Source: Escherichia phage AV109
Direction: 5' to 3' (one strand)
Sequence record: OR352939.1
Length of the DNA: 64,000 nt
Made by a program: the position numbers and the translations under genes. Below the pieces are notes generated by a model that did no database searches, was not told the origin of the DNA, and saw nothing but the letters and a program-made list of their open reading frames with translations. Of the stretch, positions 27,617 through 35,901 are shown in pieces. Within the stretch, counting starts at the first letter, position 1; each line of letters opens with the position of its first letter.

Positions 27617-28276
27617 TTAACCTCGATTCATAAATGCATTAAATATTTGGTCATCAACAGAAATTTCTAATTCGACTTCAATTGCTTCAGCCTTTTCTTC
27701 AGGTGGTAATTCGTATCCACACACTACAATTTTTTCATCGATATCAAAATATACAGAAGCAATACGATTAATGTTATTTTCAGTTAAGTCTAAATCAACA
27801 TCAACATCTTTTTGATCTACACTTAAAGGATAACTAATACGGGTTATTTTATTATCTTTAACAAAGAGTCCACCAACATACTCTGTACTACGTTTGAAGT
27901 TTACACGTTTCCGAATTGAAAGATATGATACATCTTTACCGTGAGCTCGGCTCATAGGACATAATGAATAGCTAGAATAAGAGATGTCAAATCCTACACC
28001 TTCAATATGAGCCAACGTGTCATGATTAAACCAATTATAATCATATGCCAAATCCATTATATTGTAATATGTGAAAGGCACTGGATTAACATCATATGTT
28101 GTACCTTTAAAATCTGCCCAGGCAACGATTTCGTTATCTTTAACAATTACAAAAATTACACCAATATGGTATCCGTTATTATTTTCATTCGGCGTTATAT
28201 TATAACATTGTGCATTAGGAAATTTACCATATTTAAATGGCGCATTTTTGTGCATATAATAAATCATATTATTCAC
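27617..28276 (-). CDS. Hypothetical protein
   Basis: 219-aa ORF. Confidence 0.45.
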   Translation of the reverse strand: MNNMIYYMHKNAPFKYGKFPNAQCYNITPNENNNGYHIGVIFVIVKDNEIVAWADFKGTTYDVNPVPFTYYNIMDLAYDYNWFNHDTLAHIEGVGFDISYSSYSLCPMSRAHGKDVSYLSIRKRVNFKRSTEYVGGLFVKDNKITRISYPLSVDQKDVDVDLDLTENNINRIASVYFDIDEKIVVCGYELPPEEKAEAIEVELEISVDDQIFNAFMNRG

Positions 28277-28562
28277 CTGTGATTTCGGTTACGATATCTT
28301 TGTTATCGAAATTAGGGTCACAATACAAAACATAGTTGTACTGCATGATACCGCCAGACTTAAGTTGTTCAACAACTTTATTAACCATATTAGGACGGTC
28401 TCGTTTAGTGATGTTCATGATATCAGAGAAGATTTGTTGTTCAACATCTTCTTGATTTGCAGTCATTGACCACTCACAGAGGTCTTTATCATAACCTGCC
28501 GTAACTGGAGCCGGTGCACATGATACTGCAAGTAAGATTGCTGCCAATGATAACTTTTTCAT
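28269..28562 (-). CDS. sp: Secreted periplasmic protein, Spackle-like
   Basis: 97 aa with N-terminal signal peptide (MKKLSLAAILLAVSCAPA); size and 61-to-41 region position as T4 sp. Confidence 0.45.
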   Translation of the reverse strand: MKKLSLAAILLAVSCAPAPVTAGYDKDLCEWSMTANQEDVEQQIFSDIMNITKRDRPNMVNKVVEQLKSGGIMQYNYVLYCDPNFDNKDIVTEITGE

Positions 28563-28591
28563 TTTAACTCCTTAGTTGATTTGATAGGACT

Positions 28592-28621
28592 ACTATACTA
28601 TAGTCCATCTATAATGTAAAC
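28592..28621 (-). promoter_or_regulatory. Putative early promoter (GTTTAC -35)
   Basis: gtaaac 28616-28621; GATAGGACTACTATACTATAGTCC module. Confidence 0.4.
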
Positions 28622-28625
28622 AAGT

Positions 28626-28874
28626 TTATTCTTTTTCGCGAATAATAATTACTTGTTGAGGCTGCTGAGCAGATTTCTTTTCGGCAACGATAGACCAAAT
28701 TAAAGTTCCAATCCAACCAATCATCGTCCAGTTAAAGAGTAAAGATACAAAGAAGATTGCTGTTGTGCTTTTTGTGCCACGAATAAGTGCGATTACCCAA
28801 GGCAACATGTAAATGATGATTGAACCAATACCTGCGATTAAAACTGCTACTGAACTAGCTACGAATAATTCCAT
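28626..28874 (-). CDS. Small membrane protein
   Basis: 82 aa with two hydrophobic helices (LIAGIGSIIIYMLPWVIALI, FVSLLFNWTMIGWIGTLIW). Confidence 0.45.
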   Translation of the reverse strand: MELFVASSVAVLIAGIGSIIIYMLPWVIALIRGTKSTTAIFFVSLLFNWTMIGWIGTLIWSIVAEKKSAQQPQQVIIIREKE

Positions 28875-28935
28875 GTTAATTTCCTCTTGATTTGTTATGT
28901 TTATAGTATCTTATTTTAACTTTGGCGTAAACCAA

Positions 28936-29304
28936 TTAATTAAATTTGTTTAAACGTTCAATACACTGGACGTAGTTATTCGCGATTTGTTTCTGGGTAG
29001 GCTCTTTACCAGTTGTTTCAACATAGCGAATGAATGCGATTTCAGTAGCCTGTAAGCAATGTTCTTTAACGCGCTGTTCTTTTGACATAGCTACAGTATC
29101 AGAATCACGATAACGTTGAGCATGGGCATCAGCTTGAATCATTCGATTACCTACAGTAACCGGGTCTTCCACTTCAACTTTAGGTTGGTCGTACTGTTTA
29201 ACATTCGGATTGTAAATCAATTGGCCGACGTTATTAGGGATAAAGCCATGGGCACCACATCCGGTTAATCCAAATACCATTGCTAAAGCGATTAATTTTT
29301 TCAT
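28936..29304 (-). CDS. Putative lipoprotein
   Basis: 122 aa; signal peptide with lipobox (MKKLIALAMVFGLTGC). Confidence 0.5.
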   Translation of the reverse strand: MKKLIALAMVFGLTGCGAHGFIPNNVGQLIYNPNVKQYDQPKVEVEDPVTVGNRMIQADAHAQRYRDSDTVAMSKEQRVKEHCLQATEIAFIRYVETTGKEPTQKQIANNYVQCIERLNKFN

Positions 29305-29332
29305 TTCAATTTCCTCTGTAGTTGATAGAAAG

Positions 29333-29362
29333 ATAGTAACACAGTATGTGGTGCTTGTAAAC
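29333..29362 (-). promoter_or_regulatory. Putative early promoter
   Basis: gtaaac 29357-29362; TACTAT -10 with 18-nt spacer. Confidence 0.4.
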
Positions 29363-29375
29363 AGTTATTTTAAAA

Positions 29376-29564
29376 TTATCGAAAATCTGCTTCGAAAACT
29401 TTCTCGTCATTAACAAATGCTTTAACTAATGCTTTGTTCACTTCAGCAAGTTGTACCGTAACCCACTCGATTTCTTCGCGATCACCTGATAACATGATAT
29501 CTTTAGTGAACATCTCACCGCTTTTAAACCAACCGATAAAAGTAACTTTAGTTAATTTGCTCAT
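29376..29564 (-). CDS. dmd: Dmd antitoxin (discriminator of mRNA degradation)
   Basis: Start at internal Met (MSKLTKVTFIGWFK); matches recalled T4 Dmd (V.F.GWFK...MFTK.I, AEVNKALVKAF); about 62 aa. Confidence 0.65.
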   Translation of the reverse strand: MSKLTKVTFIGWFKSGEMFTKDIMLSGDREEIEWVTVQLAEVNKALVKAFVNDEKVFEADFR

Positions 29565-29878
29565 ATTTCCTCGCAAAATGCCCATTCAGCGTGATAAACT
29601 GTAGCGCCTTTAGTATCATTCATTTGAACTACATCTACCGGAGAAATTACTCGATAGAGACGTGGTTCACCTCCATAAGAGCGTGCTGCTCGTCCTGCAT
29701 AAATCTTTGCTAAACCGATATCTTCAGTAAAGAATACACGATCCAAGTTTTTCTTACGTCCAGTTTCAGACAGAACTCCTGTTTCTTCAGGAGGACAAAG
29801 CATGTTTTCGATGTTAGCTGAACTACTTGAACCGTGATAAAAAATCTTAAATTCTGCTTTACAATCGATGGTTTTCAT
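29561..29878 (-). CDS. Hypothetical protein with YHGS motif (possible ADP-ribosyltransferase/Tpt1-like fold)
   Basis: 105 aa; KIFYHGSSS followed by RVFFTEDIGLAKIYAGR; start preceded by GGAG RBS and an early promoter. Confidence 0.3.
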   Translation of the reverse strand: MKTIDCKAEFKIFYHGSSSSANIENMLCPPEETGVLSETGRKKNLDRVFFTEDIGLAKIYAGRAARSYGGEPRLYRVISPVDVVQMNDTKGATVYHAEWAFCEEI

Positions 29879-29903
29879 TTTGTTCTCCAGTAGTTGATAG
29901 GTC

Positions 29904-29933
29904 TATAATAACACAACTACTGGAGAAGTAAAC
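29904..29933 (-). promoter_or_regulatory. T4 early-type promoter (GTTTAC-N17-TATTAT)
   Basis: tataat 29904-29909, gtaaac 29928-29933. Confidence 0.5.
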
Positions 29934-30308
29934 TTAAAAACGTAATTTAGATATATCTGCGTTGATTTCGTTTTGGTTTGCGTCGTATGCAATTAAACGA
30001 ACCGCTTTAGATGGGTCATTCAATGCATAGAAATGATGGAACATTGCTCGAACGATATCACCATTTACGAGTTCTACCTGGATAGGAGAACCTTTTTCGA
30101 GTTGGAAATGTTCATAAGCTTTGATGGTTCGTAGATAATCAAGTTTTTGATTTCCGGCTCCAACTATTTGTACGATACGTTTGCCCATGTTTTCCATACG
30201 AGATACAATAGTTTTAGGAGCAAGAATAACGTAGGTTGCCAGCGGAGAAACTACTTCAACAGTTGTGTTTTCGGTGATTGCAGTAAAAATTGCTTGAGAC
30301 ATATTCAT
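29934..30308 (-). CDS. Hypothetical protein
   Basis: 124-aa ORF between gene 41 and dmd. Confidence 0.45.
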   Translation of the reverse strand: MNMSQAIFTAITENTTVEVVSPLATYVILAPKTIVSRMENMGKRIVQIVGAGNQKLDYLRTIKAYEHFQLEKGSPIQVELVNGDIVRAMFHHFYALNDPSKAVRLIAYDANQNEINADISKLRF

Positions 30309-30374
30309 AATGTTTTCCTCTTGGTTGGTGTAAGTACATCATATCATGCCTAGAGGAAGATGTAAACCCCGAAA

Positions 30375-30390
30375 GGAGACCGAAGTCTCC
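30375..30390 (-). terminator. Hairpin after gene 41 (GGAGAC-UUCG-GUCUCC); U-tract on plus strand side too
   Basis: Inverted repeat with cgaa loop; plus-strand TTTTTATT follows, minus-strand UUUCGGGGUUU follows. Confidence 0.4.
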
Positions 30391-30396
30391 TTTTTA

Positions 30397-31839
30397 TTAA
30401 AATTTTAACTCGTTGGCTAAGCTATCTAGGTCAGCACGTGTTGCTTTGGCTTTACCTACGCGTTCCGTACGATTCACCTCTGCCTGACGCATCTGAGCAC
30501 CTGCGTTTTCATTTACTGTGTTAGGTGTGTTCATGCCTTCTTGCTCAATCTCAACCCATTTCTGATTGCCTTTACGTACACCCATCAGGAATTTATTCCA
30601 CTTATTCTTATCACCATATCGTGATTTGATTTGTTTGATAAGTTGTTGTTCAGCTTGTGCAAGTTCTTCGGTTTCAATTACGGCCAACATGAAATCTGCC
30701 GTTGCTGGTAAACCTGCTGATTCTGCAATATCACTCATGTTCATGTCTGAAGCATCCCATGCTGCACGTCCTACTTGAGCTGCAGTCCATAGAACTGTTT
30801 CAGATTCTACTGCTAATGCACGAAGTTCTTCTGCGATAGCTTTAACTAATGTGTAGCTATTTTCAGTGTAAACTCTGATACGACAAGACCCACAAATACC
30901 TAAGTAATCAACCATGATTACAGATGGCACAAAGTTCTTCTTGAGTTTCAATTCATTAAGCAATGCACGGAATGTATTAGCATTAGCTCCGCCAGTAGGA
31001 TACTGTTTAACTACTAAACGTCCTAATGTGGATTTTGAACGCCATTTTTCCATCTTGGCTTTATATTCAGCATAAGATACGTTACCATCATCAATATCAT
31101 CGAGCGATACGTCAAGCATGTTTGCATCTATACGCTTAGCACAAACTTCTTCAGCCATTTCCATAGAAATATAAAGAACATTATGACCTGTTTGAAGATA
31201 ATCTGCAGCAAGTGAACAAAGGCCTAAAGATTTACCAACGTTAACACCGGCCATTAAAACATTCAGTGTACCGGTTTCAGCACCACCTTTAGTGATTTTA
31301 TTCAAAATGTTTAATTTGAACGGGACCTTACGTGCTTTGTTCAGATAAGAAAGCCAGCGTGCTTCATAGTCTTCCATCCAGTCATGTCCAACATAACTAT
31401 CGAACGAAATTGAAAGTGCTTGACGCATAATATCAGGAATAGCTCCTACGTCAGGCATTTTCTTGTTACGTTGTTCTGGAGGTAGTTCAGCATTAGACTG
31501 AATCTCAATGATTTTGGATGTAGCATTATACATCGCTTTTTGCTGGACATATTTCTCAGTTTCTTTAACCAACCATTCATGGTCTTCAGGAGTATCAGCC
31601 AATTTTTCAATTAGGTCCGAAGTTCCTTTATATTCGGCTTCAGTTAAAGAACTGTTATCTAAAGCCACCTTTAATGCATTGATAGATGGCATTGCATTAT
31701 ATTCGTTAACGTGGCTCTTTATAATTTTAAAGACATTTTTTGCCGGTCCACGCTCAAAATACTCAGAATCCATATAAGGCCAGACCTTAGAAAAATAAGC
31801 CTGGTCATATACTAGATGAGACAAAATAATTTCTACCAC
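30397..31839 (-). CDS. 41: Replicative DNA helicase gp41 (DnaB-like)
   Basis: 480 aa; Walker A MAGVNVGKS; size as T4 gp41 (475 aa). Confidence 0.9.
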   Translation of the reverse strand: MVEIILSHLVYDQAYFSKVWPYMDSEYFERGPAKNVFKIIKSHVNEYNAMPSINALKVALDNSSLTEAEYKGTSDLIEKLADTPEDHEWLVKETEKYVQQKAMYNATSKIIEIQSNAELPPEQRNKKMPDVGAIPDIMRQALSISFDSYVGHDWMEDYEARWLSYLNKARKVPFKLNILNKITKGGAETGTLNVLMAGVNVGKSLGLCSLAADYLQTGHNVLYISMEMAEEVCAKRIDANMLDVSLDDIDDGNVSYAEYKAKMEKWRSKSTLGRLVVKQYPTGGANANTFRALLNELKLKKNFVPSVIMVDYLGICGSCRIRVYTENSYTLVKAIAEELRALAVESETVLWTAAQVGRAAWDASDMNMSDIAESAGLPATADFMLAVIETEELAQAEQQLIKQIKSRYGDKNKWNKFLMGVRKGNQKWVEIEQEGMNTPNTVNENAGAQMRQAEVNRTERVGKAKATRADLDSLANELKF

Positions 31840-31848
31840 GATAACTCC

Positions 31849-32211
31849 TTAAAAGAATTTAAATTTTTTCTTGGTTCGTTCATTAAAAGCTTGTTGTACT
31901 TGCATTGTAACACATTTTTCAACGTGTGGTGCAAGTTCTGCTTTTCTGTCCTGGTCAAGAACTGCAAAGTCCATTACGATTTTACCATCAACCCAGTCTA
32001 GTTTTGTAATATAGACTATATGATGGGAACCGTCTTCAAGTGTAATCAGAATCTCTTGAATGACATTTTCCATTGCTGAACGGATAATTTTAAGAGATTC
32101 ATTAAACACTCGTTCTTTGCGAATGTCCTCCCCTTCCGAAGAAGGGGATTCATCAACGATTTCTAGATTTAAATCATCGAGATTATTCATCGAAATCTTC
32201 CATTTCGTCAA
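31849..32211 (-). CDS. 40: gp40-like head assembly/vertex chaperone (by synteny)
   Basis: 120 aa between uvsX and 41 as T4 gene 40. Confidence 0.45.
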   Translation of the reverse strand: MTKWKISMNNLDDLNLEIVDESPSSEGEDIRKERVFNESLKIIRSAMENVIQEILITLEDGSHHIVYITKLDWVDGKIVMDFAVLDQDRKAELAPHVEKCVTMQVQQAFNERTKKKFKFF

Positions 32212-33355
32212 GGTCGTTTTCTATATCTGCTGCAGACGGAGCATCAGAAGTTTTAACCGGAACTTTAGTTGTTGCTTTGCAATTAATAAGGTCGTTAACA
32301 GCGTCATCAACTTCTTTAATAGAAGAGATAGCACCTAGTTTATATTTAGTTTCAATTGCATCTCGGAAAGGTTTGTGTTTAAACAAAGGTCCCCAGAATT
32401 CTACACAATCAGTAGCTTTAGCACGCCATGATTTTTCTTCACGAATCATTTCACCTGTTTCTTCGTCAAGGAATTCGCGAGCATACCAACCGGCTTTAGG
32501 CTTAACTACAAAACCAATTTCAGTTGCCATTTCTAACAAGCCACTGAATGGGTCAATACCGCCATCAAAATTAACCGTGATTGGGAAAGTAGATTTTTCT
32601 TTAACGGTGCGAGATTTTTCTGCTTTCAACGTGAAGTCATAACCGGTCAATTCTGTACCTTCTTTAACCTGACGTTTAGAGATAAAGAATACAGTGTTAG
32701 CAGAATAAAGAATACCTGTACCACCACCCATAATCTCTTTAGGATACAATCCGCCGATTTCCATTGCTGTATGGTTGATTGCAACACACGGAATATCTTT
32801 AATAGTCAGATAAGGAGTCACAATACGGAAAAGAGATTTAAGTGCCTTAGCACGAGACATATCACCTACAACTTTCTCGTTCAATGCATCTTCAGTTTCT
32901 TTCTTAGATGCAGTATTACCGATTGAATCGATAAAGATAATAACTTTATCACCCCGTTCAATCGCGTCAAGCTGATTAGTCATATCAACTTTAAGTTGTT
33001 CGACGGATTGAATCGGAGTATGAACTACACGGTCTAAATCAACACCCATTGAACGAAAATAAGATTCTGAAGCACCAAATTCTGAATCATAGAACAAACA
33101 AATTGCATCTTTATATTTCTTCATATATGCTGCAACCATGGTCAGTCCAAACAACGTTTTAAAGTGTTTAGAAGGAGCAGCAAAAATAGTCAAGCCTGAT
33201 TGCAATCCTGCATTCAGAGCACCACCTAGTGCAATATTCAACATTGGAATACGAGTAGGGACTTCATCACGATTATTAAACAGCTTAGACTTAGTCAAGT
33301 CTGCAGTCATTTTAGAAGTAGAAGCTTTAATCAGACGAGATTTTAAATCAGACAT
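32183..33355 (-). CDS. uvsX: UvsX recombinase (RecA-like)
   Basis: 390 aa; RecA-fold P-loop region (IFAAPSKHFKT) and T4 UvsX N-terminus MSDLKSRLIKASTSKMTA. Confidence 0.9.
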   Translation of the reverse strand: MSDLKSRLIKASTSKMTADLTKSKLFNNRDEVPTRIPMLNIALGGALNAGLQSGLTIFAAPSKHFKTLFGLTMVAAYMKKYKDAICLFYDSEFGASESYFRSMGVDLDRVVHTPIQSVEQLKVDMTNQLDAIERGDKVIIFIDSIGNTASKKETEDALNEKVVGDMSRAKALKSLFRIVTPYLTIKDIPCVAINHTAMEIGGLYPKEIMGGGTGILYSANTVFFISKRQVKEGTELTGYDFTLKAEKSRTVKEKSTFPITVNFDGGIDPFSGLLEMATEIGFVVKPKAGWYAREFLDEETGEMIREEKSWRAKATDCVEFWGPLFKHKPFRDAIETKYKLGAISSIKEVDDAVNDLINCKATTKVPVKTSDAPSAADIENDLDEMEDFDE

Positions 33356-33453
33356 TGTATTTTTCCATAGGCATCATTATATTTTACTCATGTTTAAAAG
33401 ATAAGATGATTATATACTAAGGGTTATACAGCATTTAAAACTTTAAATGGCTC

Positions 33454-34002
33454 TTAACGAGCCCATTTGATAATTTCTGTAATCAAATAATTACGTTCGC
33501 TTGCATTAAATCCTATAACTTTGTTAGCACCATCATGATTAAGTAATTGATACGTTTGGATTTTGTTATGAATTGCAAACTCTTCAAAATGTGAAATGAC
33601 TGTATTAAAACCGAATGAAGACAAAGTAATAAGGTCGTCTTCAAAACTTTCAGTCATTTCGTTACGTGTTAAAATAATTGTGAACACATCATGGTTTTGG
33701 CAAAGACGAACATAATCCTGTTCATAAACGTCAAGAACCGAGTCCGCATCTTGTCGAATACGTCCATAAACCCAGTTACTAATATATCCACGGTCTAACA
33801 GATAAATCTTAGTAGGGTCTAAATAATTCAACATCGTTTCGAAACAGCCAACTTCATTTCGAGACTTAACATCGAAACGTCCATCAACTGTTCGTTTAGG
33901 GAAATCAATTTTTACATATCTTTCACTAATTTCCATTATGTCATTAATGAAAGTTGTTTTACCAGCATTATCCGGTCCATCTACTAAAATAATTTTAGCC
34001 AT
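33454..34002 (-). CDS. P-loop kinase, thymidylate/dNMP-kinase-like
   Basis: 182 aa; Walker A GPDNAGKTT and DRG motif (LLDRGYISNWVYG) as in TMPK-family kinases; sits where T4 has segA/bgt. Confidence 0.5.
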   Translation of the reverse strand: MAKIILVDGPDNAGKTTFINDIMEISERYVKIDFPKRTVDGRFDVKSRNEVGCFETMLNYLDPTKIYLLDRGYISNWVYGRIRQDADSVLDVYEQDYVRLCQNHDVFTIILTRNEMTESFEDDLITLSSFGFNTVISHFEEFAIHNKIQTYQLLNHDGANKVIGFNASERNYLITEIIKWAR

Positions 34003-34003
34003 T

Positions 34004-34903
34004 TTATTCCTCGATTACGACATCTTCATATTTAGGTATATTATATGGTGAAGAAATTAAAGCATTAAAGTAGATGAACTCACCAAGACCTGGATGAAAT
34101 ACTTCTTCAGGATTTTCGAAATATTGAATCTTCGGACGTCCTTTAAGAATTTGATAGTACTCAGTTTTAGTTGGTTTAAAAATTCGAATCAACGCTTCTT
34201 CAGGATACTTATTTCTGTCAAAGCTATTATTTGGATCGGTTATATAAAGCGGTTGACCTAATTGAATTGCGCATTCAACAACTTGTTCAAAACGATAGCA
34301 TGGGTCACTAATTCGAAATGGATGAAAAATACCATCTAGATGAATAGGAGCCAAATCACCTACAAGACGCTGCATGATGGAAGGACGTATAACTTTCTGC
34401 GTTACGATAATCTTATTACCATCTGCACCTGCGTTAACCAGCACTTCTTTTTGACGTTCATTCAACACAGTTGTTTGGATTGAACGATTAACCGACAATA
34501 TGTCGGTTTTTAAGAATTCGTCAATATAAAAACGTGGTTTATTAGGGTCTGCGGTGATATTGAAATTGAATTCTACATCAAAAGCGCCGTCATATCCAGT
34601 GATATCTGTGATTAGAAAATCACAATCATAATAAGCAATTAATGAATCAACCACAAATTCATTTTCAGACCAGAAATATTTACGAGTGTTATACGCGTTA
34701 TCTTTATACCATAATGGAACAAACTTAAATTCTGGAAAAAGACGTTCGCATTCTTTAATATCAGATGCATTACGTGGATATGTAATCACATCACCCGGAT
34801 TAGCACGGTGCAAATGAAGTTGGAAGTTGCCATCCTTAAGGATAGCATACTGTCCAGTTTCATAAGACCGCATACTCAAGATAGGTACGCGGAAAATAGC
34901 CAT
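34004..34903 (-). CDS. Hypothetical protein in the bgt slot (candidate transferase)
   Basis: 299-aa ORF tightly packed between the P-loop kinase and the gene 42 homologue; no motif recognised. Confidence 0.45.
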   Translation of the reverse strand: MAIFRVPILSMRSYETGQYAILKDGNFQLHLHRANPGDVITYPRNASDIKECERLFPEFKFVPLWYKDNAYNTRKYFWSENEFVVDSLIAYYDCDFLITDITGYDGAFDVEFNFNITADPNKPRFYIDEFLKTDILSVNRSIQTTVLNERQKEVLVNAGADGNKIIVTQKVIRPSIMQRLVGDLAPIHLDGIFHPFRISDPCYRFEQVVECAIQLGQPLYITDPNNSFDRNKYPEEALIRIFKPTKTEYYQILKGRPKIQYFENPEEVFHPGLGEFIYFNALISSPYNIPKYEDVVIEE

Positions 34904-35619
34904 TAGTCAAGGAATCCTTTAACATAATCAAAATCACGTTCAAACACATGGGCACTTACCATGGTATGAGTATAATCACCAACTTCTACACCACATTCGT
35001 TAGCGATATAATGAAGTAATTTTCCTTGGAGATAAAAATCCAACTGCATAACAACAGCACAGTTCTGGGAACGCATATGACAGTGGGTATAAAGCTTACC
35101 GTCACGAATATAATAGGTCACTGAGTCAGTACATGGATATTCAAGCGTTTCGTCTGAATCAAGCAAAGCCTGATCAGAACTTTCTAGAATTTGGAACACA
35201 ACTCTTCGGGAGTTAGGCTTCTCTTTAAGTTCTTTTAGAAGAGCTGGTAATTGAGCCGCAATGCGAGGACCATAGAAAGTGTTGAAGTTCGCCGGCAAAA
35301 CATCTGATTTTGGTTTAGAAATAAATTTAGCGACATTAGGATATGCCTTAAACGCTTCTTCTGCGTTGGTACCACCAGAAATCATAAACTTCCAGAAGTC
35401 TTCGGCATATTCATAAGAGATGCGGTTAATACGTGGGTCGGTCATTTTGAATGATGATGGAGTGTCAACAACTACTGTCATAGACCCAATTTCATTACAA
35501 CGTCCAATACGAGAATCAGTTACGAATTCCGGGTTTTCTAAAATTTCACGATTGACTGCTTTAAATGCGGCTTGAAAATCTGCGGCTTTGATATATTTCA
35601 TTGTGTTATGTTTTCCCAT
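34903..35619 (-). CDS. 42: dCMP hydroxymethylase-like (thymidylate synthase family)
   Basis: 238 aa; TS-family active-site region (YPCTDSVTYYIRDGKLY, HMRSQN); position before gene 43 as T4 gene 42. Confidence 0.65.
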   Translation of the reverse strand: MGKHNTMKYIKAADFQAAFKAVNREILENPEFVTDSRIGRCNEIGSMTVVVDTPSSFKMTDPRINRISYEYAEDFWKFMISGGTNAEEAFKAYPNVAKFISKPKSDVLPANFNTFYGPRIAAQLPALLKELKEKPNSRRVVFQILESSDQALLDSDETLEYPCTDSVTYYIRDGKLYTHCHMRSQNCAVVMQLDFYLQGKLLHYIANECGVEVGDYTHTMVSAHVFERDFDYVKGFLD

Positions 35620-35661
35620 GTTTACCTCAATACAATTTATTATATACTCAATTTGTAAAGC

Positions 35662-35901
35662 TTATTTGAATTTCTTGGCAATGTTGATATAACGTAAAGC
35701 TTCAGTATCAATACTTCCAAGAACACTATGAAGAAATGCATCAGCGTAGTATTCCAATTGAACAGGTTCTTTAATCACTTTAGCCGCTTTGGTTTCAAAC
35801 AGGCCCATCAGGGCCTTTTTAAGAATTTGTTCGTTAGTGTTCAGTTTAATAGTCAAAATCTCTTCGTTAAGTTTATAATTAAAAGTTTTTCTAGAAATCA
35901 T
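35662..35901 (-). CDS. Hypothetical protein
   Basis: 79-aa ORF. Confidence 0.4.
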   Translation of the reverse strand: MISRKTFNYKLNEEILTIKLNTNEQILKKALMGLFETKAAKVIKEPVQLEYYADAFLHSVLGSIDTEALRYINIAKKFK

